From assembly GCF_009914755.1 (NCBI RefSeq), contig NC_060939.1: DNA of 64,000 nt; one strand, written 5' to 3'. Below the pieces are notes generated by a model. The model did not search any database. It was not told the origin of the DNA and saw only the letters and a program-made list of their open reading frames with translations. Of this stretch, positions 1 to 12,200 are shown piece by piece. How positions within the stretch are numbered: the stretch's first letter is position 1; each line of letters opens with the position of its first letter. Both the position numbers and the translations under genes were made by a program. Source of the stretch: the human T2T-CHM13v2.0 reference genome, Homo sapiens.

Positions 1-410
1 CATTCTGGTCCATTCCATTTGATTCCATTCCATTCTATTCCATTCCATACAGTTGCATTCCATTGGATTCCATGCTATATCTATAAATTCAATTCGAGAC
101 CATTGCTTTTGAGTCCATTCTATATGATTCCATTCCATTCAAGTCCATTACATTTGGTTCAATTCCATTCCATTCCATTCCCTTTCATTCCATTCCATTT
201 GATATCAATCCATTCGATTCCATTCCATTGGAGCACAATCCATTCGAGTCCATTCCATTCGATGCCATTCCATTTGATTCTATTCCATTAGTCTCCATTC
301 AATTCCATTAATCTCCATTCCATTCCATTCTACTCCAACTGATTCCATTCCATTCTATTCCTTTCCATTCCATTTCATTCCATTCCATTCCATTTCATTC
401 CATTCCATTC

Positions 411-930
411 CATTCGTGTCCATTCCACTCCAGTCCATTCCATTCGTGTCCATTCCATTCCAGTCCATTCCATTTGTGTCCACTGCATTCCATTCCACTC
501 CATTCCATATTATTCCATTACACTCCATTCCATTCTATTACTTTCATTTCCATTCAATTCCATTCCATTTGATTCCATTCCACTCGGTTTCATTCCATTT
601 GAGTCCACTCCATTCCATTCCATTAAATTCCATTCAGTTCCATTCCATTCCGTTCCATTCCATTCCATTCCATTCCTGTCCATTCCACTCCAGTCCATTC
701 CATTCGTATCCATTCCATTCCAGTCCATTCCATTTGTGTCCACTGCATTCCATTCCACTCCATTCCATATTATTCCATTACACTCCATTCCATTCTATTA
801 CTTTCATTTCCATTCAATTCCATTCCATTTGATTCCATTCCACTCGGTTTCATTCCATTTGAGTCCACTCCATTCCATTCCATTCCATTCAGTTCCATTC
901 CATTCTGTTCCATTCCATTCCGTTCCATTA
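411..930 (+). repeat. ~260-bp internal tandem duplication in an expanded unit (copy 1)
   Basis: The block 'tgtccattccactccagtcc...ctcggtttcattccatttgagtccactcc' starts at ~416 and again at ~676 (offset 260). Confidence 0.93.
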
Positions 931-2457
931 CATTCCATTCCATTCGGTACCATTCCATATTGTTCCATTCGATTCCATTCGAATCCATTCCATTCCAGTC
1001 CATTCCATTCGATTCCATTCCATTCATTTCAATTCCATTCCATTCCATTCCATTACATTCCACTTGATTCCTCTCCATTCCCTTCCACTGCATTCCGTTC
1101 GATTCCATTCCATTGCATTGCATTCCATTCCATTGGATTGCATTCCATTCGATTCCATTCCATTCGTATCAATTACATAGGAATCCATTACATTCGAGTC
1201 TATTCTCTTCCGTTCCATTCGATTTCGTTCCAATCCATTCGATTCCATTCCATTCGATTCCATTCCATACTATTGCATTCCATTCGATTACATTATATTC
1301 GAATAAGTTCCATTCAAGACCATTTCTTTTGAGTCCATTCTATTTGAGTCCATTCCCTTTGATTCCATAACATTTGAGTCCATTCAATTCCATTCCTTTC
1401 GTTTCCATTCCATTTGATGCCATTCCATTCAATTCTGTTCTACTCGACTCCAATACATTCAATTCCATTCCATCCGATTCCATTACATTCTTTTCATTTC
1501 TTATCCATTTCAAGCCATTCCACTCCATTCCATTCCACTCGTTTCCTTTCCATTCGAGTCCATTCCTCTCCAGTCCATTCCGTTCAATCCATTCCATTCC
1601 AGTCCATTCCATTCGAGTCCGTTCCATTCCAGTCCATTCCATTCGAGTCAATTCCATTCCATTCGATGTCTTTCCATAACGATCCATTGCATTCTATTCC
1701 TTTCGATTCCATTCCATTCTATTTCATTCCATTCGATTCCCTTCCATTGGACTCCTTTCCATTCGAGTGCATTCCATTCCGTTCCATTTCTTTCCGTTCT
1801 GTACGATTCCTACCGTTCGATTTCATTTTGTTCCAGTCCATTCTTTCGCGTCCATTCATTCCATTTCACTCCATTCGATTCCATTCCACTCGATTCCACT
1901 TCGTTCCATTTCATTGCATTCCATTCTATTCAACTCTATTGCCTTCCATTCCATTCCATTCGATTACATTCCATGCGATTCCATTCGAAATCGAATCAAT
2001 TACATTGCAATCCATTACTATTGAGTCCGATTTATTCCAGTCCACTGCATTCTGGTCCATTCCATTTGATTCCATTCCATTCTATTCCATTCCATACAGT
2101 TGCATTCCATTGGATTCCATGCTATATCTATAAATTCAATTCGAGACCATTGCTTTTGAGTCCATTCTATATGATTCCATTCCATTCAAGTCCATTACAT
2201 TTGGTTCAATTCCATTCCATTCCATTCCCTTTCATTCCATTCAATTTGATATCAATCCATTCGATTCCATTCCATTCGAGCACATTCCATTCGAGTCCAT
2301 TCCATTCGATGCCATTCCATTTGATTCTATTCCATTAGTCTCCATTCAATTCCATTAATCTCCATTCCATTCCATTCTACTCCAACTGATTCCATTCCAT
2401 TCTATTCCTTTCCATTCCATTTCATTCCATTCCATTCCATTTCATTCCATTCCATTC

Positions 2458-2977
2458 CATTCGTGTCCATTCCACTCCAGTCCATTCCATTCGTGTCCAT
2501 TCCATTCCAGTCCATTCCATTTGTGTCCACTGCATTCCATTCCACTCCATTCCATATTATTCCATTACACTCCATTCCATTCTATTACTTTCATTTCCAT
2601 TCAATTCCATTCCATTTGATTCCATTCCACTCGGTTTCATTCCATTTGAGTCCACTCCATTCCATTCCATTAAATTCCATTCAGTTCCATTCCATTCCGT
2701 TCCATTCCATTCCATTCCATTCCTGTCCATTCCACTCCAGTCCATTCCATTCGTATCCATTCCATTCCAGTCCATTCCATTTGTGTCCACTGCATTCCAT
2801 TCCACTCCATTCCATATTATTCCATTACACTCCATTCCATTCTATTACTTTCATTTCCATTCAATTCCATTCCATTTGATTCCATTCCACTCGGTTTCAT
2901 TCCATTTGAGTCCACTCCATTCCATTCCATTCCATTCAGTTCCATTCCATTCTGTTCCATTCCATTCCGTTCCATTA
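2458..2977 (+). repeat. ~260-bp internal tandem duplication in a 2047-bp unit (copy 2)
   Basis: Same structure as 411-930, shifted by +2047. Confidence 0.93.
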
Positions 2978-5900
2978 CATTCCATTCCATTCGGTACCAT
3001 TCCATATTGTTCCATTCGATTCCATTCGAATCCATTCCATTCCAGTCCATTCCATTCGATTCCATTCCATTCATTTCAATTCCATTCCATTCCATTCCAT
3101 TACATTCCACTTGATTCCTCTCCATTCCCTTCCACTGCATTCCGTTCGATTCCATTCCATTGCATTGCATTCCATTCCATTGGATTGCATTCCATTCGAT
3201 TCCATTCCATTCGTATCAATTACATAGCAATCCATTACATTCGAGTCTATTCTCTTCCGTTCCATTCGATTTCGTTCCAATCCATTCGATTCCATTCCAT
3301 TCGGTTCCATTCCATACTATTGCATTCCATTCGATTACATTATATTCGAATAAGTTCCATTCAAGACCATTTCTTTTGAGTCCATTCTATTTGAGTCCAT
3401 TCCCTTTGATTCCATAACATTTGAGTCCATTCAATTCCATTCCTTTCGTTTCCATTCCATTTGATGCCATTCCATTCAATTCTGTTCTACTCGACTCCAA
3501 TACATTCAATTCCATTCCATCCGATTCCATTACATTCTTTTCATTTCTTTTCCATTTCAAGCCATTCCACTCCATTCCATTCCACTCGTTTCCTTTCCAT
3601 TCGAGTCCATTCCTCTCCAGTCCATTCCGTTCAATCCATTCCATTCCAGTCCATTCCATTCGAGTCCGTTCCATTCCAGTCCATTCCATTCGAGTCAATT
3701 CCATTCCATTCGATGTCTTTCCATAACGATCCATTCCATTCTATTCCTTTCGATTCCATTCCATTCTATTTCATTCCATTCGATTCCCTTCCATTGGACT
3801 CCTTTCCATTCGAGTGCATTCCATTCCGTTCCATTTCTTTCCGTTCTGTACGATTCCTACCGTTCGATTTCATTTTGTTCCAGTCCATTCTTTCGCGTCC
3901 ATTCATTCCATTTCACTCCATTCGATTCCATTCCACTCGATTCCACTTCGTTCCATTTCATTGCATTCCATTCTATTCAACTCTATTGCCTTCCATTCCA
4001 TTCCATTCGATTACATTCCATGCGATTCCATTCGAAATCGAATCAATTACATTGCAATCCATTACTATTGAGTCCGATTTATTCCAGTCCACTGCATTCT
4101 GGTCCATTCCATTTGATTCCATTCCATTCTATTCCATTCCATACAGTTGCATTCCATTGGATTCCATGCTATATCTATAAATTCAATTCGAGACCATTGC
4201 TTTTGAGTCCATTCTATATGATTCCATTCCATTCAAGTCCATTACATTTGGTTCAATTCCATTCCATTCCATTCCCTTCCATTCCATTCCATTTGATATC
4301 AATCCATTCGATTCCATTCCATTCGAGCACATTCCATTCGAGTCCATTCCATTCGATGCCATTCCATTTGATTCTATTCCATTAGTCTCCATTCAATTCC
4401 ATTAATCTCCATTCCATTCCATTCTACTCCAACTGATTCCATTCCATTCTATTCCTTTCCATTCCATTTCATTCCATTCCATTTCATTCCATTCCATTCC
4501 ATTCGTGTCCATTCCACTCCAGTCCATTCCATTCGTGTCCATTCCATTCCAGTCCATTCCATTTGTGTCCACTGCATTCCATTCCACTCCATTCCATATT
4601 ATTCCATTACACTCCATTCCATTCTATTACTTTCATTTCCATTCAATTCCATTCCATTTGATTCCATTCCACTCGGTTTCATTCCATTTGAGTCCACTCC
4701 ATTCCATTCCATTAAATTCCATTCAGTTCCATTCCATTCCGTTCCATTACATTCCATTCCATTCGGTACCATTCCATATTGTTCCATTCGATTCCATTCG
4801 AATCCATTCCATTCCAGTCCATTCCATTCGATTCCATTCCATTCATTTCAATTCCATTCCATTCCATTCCATTACATTCCACTTGATTCCTCTCCATTCC
4901 CTTCCACTGCATTCCGTTCGATTCCATTCCATTGCATTGCATTCCATTCCATTGGATTGCATTCCATTCGATTCCATTCCATTCGAATCAATTACATAGC
5001 AATCCATTACATTCGAGTCTATTCTCTTCCGTTCCATTCGATTTCGTTCCAATCCATTCGATTCCATTCCATTCGATTCCATTCCATACTATTGCATTCC
5101 ATTCGATTACATTATATTCGAATACGTTCCATTCAAGACCATTTCTTTTGAGTCCATTCTATTTGAGTCCATTCCCTTTGATTCCATAACATTTGAGTCC
5201 ATTCAATTCCATTCCTTTCGTTTCCATTCCATTTGATGCCATTCCATTCAATTCTGTTCTACTCGACTCCAATACATTCAATTCCATTCCATCCGATTCC
5301 ATTACATTCTTTTCATTTCTTATCCATTTCAAGCCATTCCACTCCATTCCATTCCACTCGTTTCCTTTCCATTCGAGTCCATTCCTCTCCAGTCCATTCC
5401 GTTCAATCCATTCCATTCCAGTCCATTCCATTCGAGTCCGTTCCATTCCAGTCCATTCCATTCGAGTCAATTCCATTCCATTCGATGTCTTTCCATAACG
5501 ATCCATTCCATTCTATTCCTTTCGATTCCATTCTATTCTATTTCATTCCATTCGATTCCCTTCCATTGGACTCCTTTCCATTCGAGTGCATTCCATTCCG
5601 TTCCATTTCTTTCCGTTCTGTACGATTCCTACCGTTCAATTTCATTTGGTTCCAGTCCATTCTTTCGCGTCCATTCCATTCCATTTCACTCCATTCGATT
5701 CCATTCCACTCGATTCCACTTCGTTCCATTTCATTGCATTCCATTCTATTCAACTCTATTGCCTTCCATTCCATTCCATTCGATTACATTCCATGCGATT
5801 CCATTCGAAATCGAATCAATTACATTGCAATCCATTACTATTGAGTCCGTTTTATTCCAGTCCACTGCATTCTGGTCCATTCCATTTGATTCCATTCCAT

Positions 5901-8900
5901 TCTATTCCATTCCATACTGTTGCATTCCATTGGATTCCATGCTATATCTATAAATTCAATTCGAGACCATTGCTTTTGAGTCCATTCTATATGATTCCAT
6001 TCCATTCAAGTCCATTACATTTGGTTAAATTCCATTCCATTCGGTTCAATTCCATTCCATTCCATTCCCTTCCATTCCATTCCAGTTGATATCAATCCAT
6101 TCGATTCCATTCCATTCGAGCACATTCCATTCGAGTCCATTCCATTCGATGCCATTCCATTTGATTCTATTCCATTAGTCTCCATTCAATTCCATTAATC
6201 TCCATTCCATTCCATTCTACTCCAACTGATTCCATTCCATTCTATTCCTTTTTATTCCATTTCATTCCATTCCATTCCATTCCATTCCATTCCATTCGTG
6301 TCCATTCCACTCCAGTCCATTCCATTCGTATCCATTCCATTCCAGTCCATTCCATTTGTGTCCACTGCATTCCATTCCACTCCATTCCATATTATTCCAT
6401 TACACTCCATTCCATTCTATTACTTTCATTTCCATTCAATTCCATTCCATTTGATTCCATTCCACTCGGTTTCATTCCATTTGAGTCCACTCCATTCCAT
6501 TCCATTCCATTCAGTTCCATTCCATTCTGTTCCATTCCATTCCGTTCCATTACATTCCATTCCATTCGGTACCATTCCATATTGTTCCATTCGATTCCAT
6601 TCGAATCCATTCCATTCCAGTCCATTCCATTCGATTCCATTCCATTCATTTCAATTCCATTCCATTCCATTCCATTACATTCCACTTGATTCCTCTCCAT
6701 TCCCTTCCACTGCATTCCGTTCGATTCCATTCCATTGCATTGCATTCCATTCCATTGGATTGCATTCCATTCGATTCCATTCCATTCGAATCAATTACAT
6801 AGCAATCCATTACATTCGAGTCTATTCTCTTCCGTTCCATTCGATTTCGTTCCAATCCATTCGATTCCATTCCTTTCGATTCCATTCCATACTATTGCAT
6901 TCCATTCGATTACATTATATTCGAATAAGTTCCATTCAAGACCATTTCTTTTGAGTCCATTCTATTTGAGTCCATTCCCTTTGATTCCATAACATTTGAG
7001 TCCATTCAATTCCATTCCTTTCGTTTCCATTCCATTTGATGCCATTCCATTCAATTCTGTTCTACTCGACTCCAATACATTCAATTCCATTCCATCCGAT
7101 TCCATTACATTCTTTTCATTTCTTATCCATTTCAAGCCATTCCACTCCATTCCATTCCACTCGTTTCCTTTCCATTCGAGTCCATTCCTCTCCAGTCCAT
7201 TCCGTTCAATCCATTCCATTCCAGTCCATTCCATTCGAGTCCGTTCCATTCCAGTCCATTCCATTCGAGTCAATTCCATTCCATTCGATGTCTTTCCATA
7301 ACGATCCATTCCATTCTATTCCTTTCGATTCCATTCCATTCTATTTCATTCCATTCGATTCCCTTCCATTGGACTCCTTTCCATTCGAGTGCATTCCATT
7401 CCGTTCCATTTCTTTCCGTTCTGTACGATTCCTACCGTTCGATTTCATTTTGTTCCAGTCCATTCTTTCGCGTCCATTCCATTCCATTTCACTCCATTCG
7501 ATTCCATTCCACTCGATTCCACTTCGTTCCATTTCATTGCATTCCATTCTATTCAACTCTATTGCCTTCCATTCCATTCCATTCGATTACATTCCATGCG
7601 ATTCCATTCGAAATCGAATCAATTACATTGCAATCCATTACTATTGAGTCCGTTTTATTCCAGTCCACTGCATTCTGGTCCATTCCATTTGATTCCATTC
7701 CATTCTATTCCATTCCATACAGTTGCATTCCATTGGATTCCATGCTATATCTATAAATTCAATTCGAGACCATTGCTTTTGAGTCCATTCTATATGATTC
7801 CATTCCATTCAAGTCCATTACATTTGGTTAAATTCCATTCCATTCGGTTCAACTCCATTCCATTCCATTCCCTTCCATTCCATTCCAGTTGATATCAATC
7901 CATTCGATTCCATTCCATTCGAGCACATTCCATTCGAGTCCATTCCATTCGATGCCATTCCATTTGATTCTATTCCATTAGTCTCCATTCAATTCCATTA
8001 ATCTCCATTCCATTCCATTCTACTCCAACTGATTCCATTCCATTCTATTCCTTTCCATTCCATTTCATTCCATTCCATTCCATTCCATTCCATTCCATTC
8101 CATTCCATTCCATTCGTGTCCATTCCACTCCAGTCCATTCCATTCGTATCCATTCCATTCCAGTCCATTCCATTTGTGTCCACTGCATTCCATTCCACTC
8201 CATTCTATATTATACCATTACACTCCATTCCATTCTATTACTTTCATTTCCATTCAATTCCATTCCATTTGATTCCATTCCACTCGGTTTCATTCCATTT
8301 GAGTCCACTCCATTCCATTCCATTCCATTCAGTTCCATTCCATTCTGTTCCATTCCATTCCGTTCCATTACATTCCATTCCATTCGGTACCATTCCATAT
8401 TGTTCCATTCGATTCCATTCGAATCCATTCCATTCCAGTCCATTCCATTCGATTCCATTCCATTCATTTCAATTCCATTCCATTCCATTCCATTCCATTC
8501 CACTTGATTCCTCTCCATTCCCTTCCACTGCATTCCGTTCGATTCCATTCCATTGCATTGCATTCCATTCCATTGGATTGCATTCCATTCGATTCCATTC
8601 CATTCGAATCAATTACATAGCAATCCATTACATTCGAGTCTATTCTCTTCCGTTCCATTCGATTTCGTTCCAATCCATTCGATTCCATTCCATTCGATTC
8701 CATTCCATACTATTGCATTCCATTCGATTACATTATATTCGAATAAGTTCCATTCAAGACCATTTCTTTTGAGTCCATTCTATTTGAGTCCATTCCCTTT
8801 GATTCCATAACATTTGAGTCCATTCAATTCCATTCCTTTCGTTTCCATTCCATTTGATGCCATTCCATTCAATTCTGTTCTACTCGACTCCAATACATTC

Positions 8901-11639
8901 AATTCCATTCCATCCGATTCCATTACATTCTTTTCATTTCTTATCCATTTCAAGCCATTCCACTCCATTCCATTCCACTCGTTTCCTTTCCATTCGAGTC
9001 CATTCCTCTCCAGTCCATTCCGTTCAATCCATTCCATTCCAGTCCATTCCATTCGAGTCCGTTCCATTCCAGTCCATTCCATTCGAGTCAATTCCATCCC
9101 ATTCGATGTCTTTCCATAACGATCCATTCCATTCTATTCCTTTCGATTCCATTCCATTCTATTTCATTCCATTCGATTCCCTTCCATTGGACTCCTTTCC
9201 ATTCGAGTGCATTCCATTCCGTTCCATTTCTTTCCGTTCTGTACGATTCCTACCGTTCGATTTCATTTTGTTCCAGTCCATTCCTTTCGCGTCCATTCCA
9301 TTCCATTTCACTCCATTCGATTCCATTCCACTCGATTCCACTTCGTTCCATTTCATTGCATTCCATTCTATTCAAATCTATTGCCTTCCATTCCATTCCA
9401 TTCGATTACATTCCATGCGATTCCATTCGAAATCGAATCAATTACATTGCAATCCATTACTATTGAGTCCATTTTATTCCAGTCCACTGCATTCTGGTCC
9501 ATTCCATTTGATTCCATTCCATTCTATTCCATTCCATACAGTTGCATTCCATTGGATTCCAATCTATATCTATAAATTCAATTCGAGACCATTGCTTTTG
9601 AGTCCATTCTATATGATTCCATTCCATTCAAGTCCATTACATTTGGTTCAATTCCATTCCATTCCATTCCCTTCCATTCCATTCCAGTTGATATCAATCC
9701 ATTCGATTCCATTCCATTCGAGCACATTCCATTCGAGTCCATTCCATTCGATGCCATTCCATTTGATTCTATTCCATTAGTCTCCATTCAATTCCATTAA
9801 TCTCCATTCCATTCCATTCTACTCCAACTGATTCCATTCCATTCTATTCCTTTCCATTCCATTTCATTCCATTCCATTCCATTTCATTCCATTCCATTCC
9901 ATTCGTGTCCATTCCACTCCAGTCCATTCCATTCGTGTCCATTCCATTCCAGTCCATTCCATTTGTGTCCACTGCATTCCATTCCACTCCATTCCATATT
10001 ATTCCATTACACTCCATTCCATTCTATTACTTTCATTTCCATTCAATTCCATTCCATTTGATTCCATTCCACTCGGTTTCATTACATTTGAGTCCACTCC
10101 ATTCCATTCCATTAAATTCCATTCAGTTCCATTCCATTCCGTTCCATTACATTCCATTCCATTCGATACCATTCCATATTGTTCCATTCGATTCCATTCG
10201 AATCCATTCCATTCCAGTCCATTCCATTCGATTCCATTCCATTCATTTCAATTCCATTCCATTCCATTCCATTCCATTCCACTTGATTCCTCTCCATTCC
10301 CTTCCACTGCATTCCGTTCGATTCCATTCCATTGCATTGCATTCCATTCCATTGGATTGCATTCCATTCGATTCCTTTCCATTCGAATCAATTACATAGC
10401 AATCCATTACATTCGAGTCTATTCTATTCCGTTCCATTCGATTTCGTTCCAATCCATTGGATTCCATTCCATTCGATTCCATTCCATACTATTGCATTCC
10501 ATTCGATTACATTATATTCGAATAAGTTCCATTCAAGACCATTTCTTTTGAGTCCATTCTATTTGAGTCCATTCCCTTTGATTCCATAACATTTGAGTCC
10601 ATTCAATTCCATTCCTTTCGTTTCCATTCCATTTGATGCCATTCCATTCAATTCTGTTCTACTCGACTCCAATACATTCAATTCCATTCCATCCGATTCC
10701 ATTACATTCTTTTCATTTCTTATCCATTTCAAGCCATTCCACTCCATTCCATTCCACTCGTTTCCTTTCCATTCGAGTCCATTCCTCTCCAGTCCATTCC
10801 GTTCAATCCATTCCATTCCAGTCCATTCCATTCGAGTCCGTTCCATTCCAGTCCATTCCATTCGAGTCAATTCCATCCCATTCGATGTCTTTCCATAACG
10901 ATCCATTCCATTCTATTCCTTTCGATTCCATTCCATTCTATTTCATTCCATTCGATTCCCTTCCATTGGACTCCTTTCCATTCGAGTGCATTCCATTCCG
11001 TTCCATTTCTTTCCGTTCTGTACGACTCCTACCGTTCGATTTCATTTTGTTCCAGTCCATTCCTTTCGCGTCCATTCCATTCCATTTCACTCCATTCGAT
11101 TCCATTCCACTCGATTCCACTTCGTTCCATTTCATTGCATTCCATTCTATTCAACTCTATTGTCTTCCATTCCATTCCATTCGATTACATTCCATGCGAT
11201 TCCATTCGAAATCGAATCAATTACATTGCAATCCATTACTATTGAGTCCGTTTTATTCCAGTCCACTGCATTCTGGTCCATTCCATTTGATTCCATTCCA
11301 TTCTATTCCATTCCATACAGTTGCATTCCATTGGATTCCATTGTATATCTATAAATTCAATTCGAGACCATTGCTTTTGAGTCCATTCTATATGATTCCA
11401 TTCCATTCAAGTCCATTACATTTGGTTCAATTCCATTCCATTCCATTCCCTTCCATTCCATTCCAGTTGATATCAATCCATTCGATTCCATTCCATTCGA
11501 GCACATTCCATTCGAGTCCATTCCATTCGATGCCATTCCATTTGATTCTATTCCATTAGTCTCCATTCAATTCCATTAATCTCCATTCCATTCCATTCTA
11601 CTCCAACTGATTCCATTCCATTCTATTCCTTTCCATTCC

Positions 11640-12200
11640 ATTTCATTCCATTCCATTCCATTCCATTCCATTCGCTTCCATTCCATTCATGTCCATTGCA
11701 TTCCAGTCCATTCCATTTGTGTCCACTGCATTCCATTCCACTCCATTCCATATTATTCCATTACACTCCATTCCATTCTATTACTTTCATTTCCATTGAA
11801 TTCCATTCCATTTGATTCCATTCCACTCGGTTTCATTCCATTTGAGTCCACTCCACTCCATTCCATTCCATTCCATTCCATTCAGTTCCATTCCATTCTG
11901 TTCCATTCCATTCCGTTCCATTGCATTCCATTCCATTCGGTACCATTCCATATTGTTCCATTCGATTCCATTCGAATCCATTCCATTCCAGTCCATTCCA
12001 TTCGATTCCATTCCATTCCTTTCAATTCTATTCCATTCCATTCCATTCCACTTGATTCCACTCCATTCCCTTCCACTGCATTCCATTGCATTGCATTCCA
12101 TTCCATTGGACTGCATTCCATTCGATTCCATTCCATTCGAATCAATTACATAGCAATCCATTACATTCGAGTCTATTCTATTCCGTTCCATTCGATTTCG
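11640..12200 (+). repeat. Diverged segment of the 1754-bp unit variant carrying an EcoRI site (also at ~26170, ~36935, ~45880, ~51240)
   Basis: GAATTC at 11798, 26326, 37091, 46038 and 51398. Other private marks are 'ttcatgtccattgcattccag', 'ttggactgc' and loss of 'ccgttcgatt'. Confidence 0.9.

Noticed and set aside
76-95. TATA-like 'ctataaatt' once per unit
   Set aside because: It is an imperfect match to TATAWAWR and looks like a decayed paralogue of 'gaataagtt' in the other half-unit. Initiator-like CCATTCC occurs everywhere, so the spacing is uninformative. There is no transcription evidence in the sequence.
1296-1312. Possible canonical heat-shock elements around ttcgaa / gaataagttc
   Set aside because: The spacing does not fit alternating nGAAn pentamers (GAAnnTTCnnGAA). 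I found no canonical HSE by eye.
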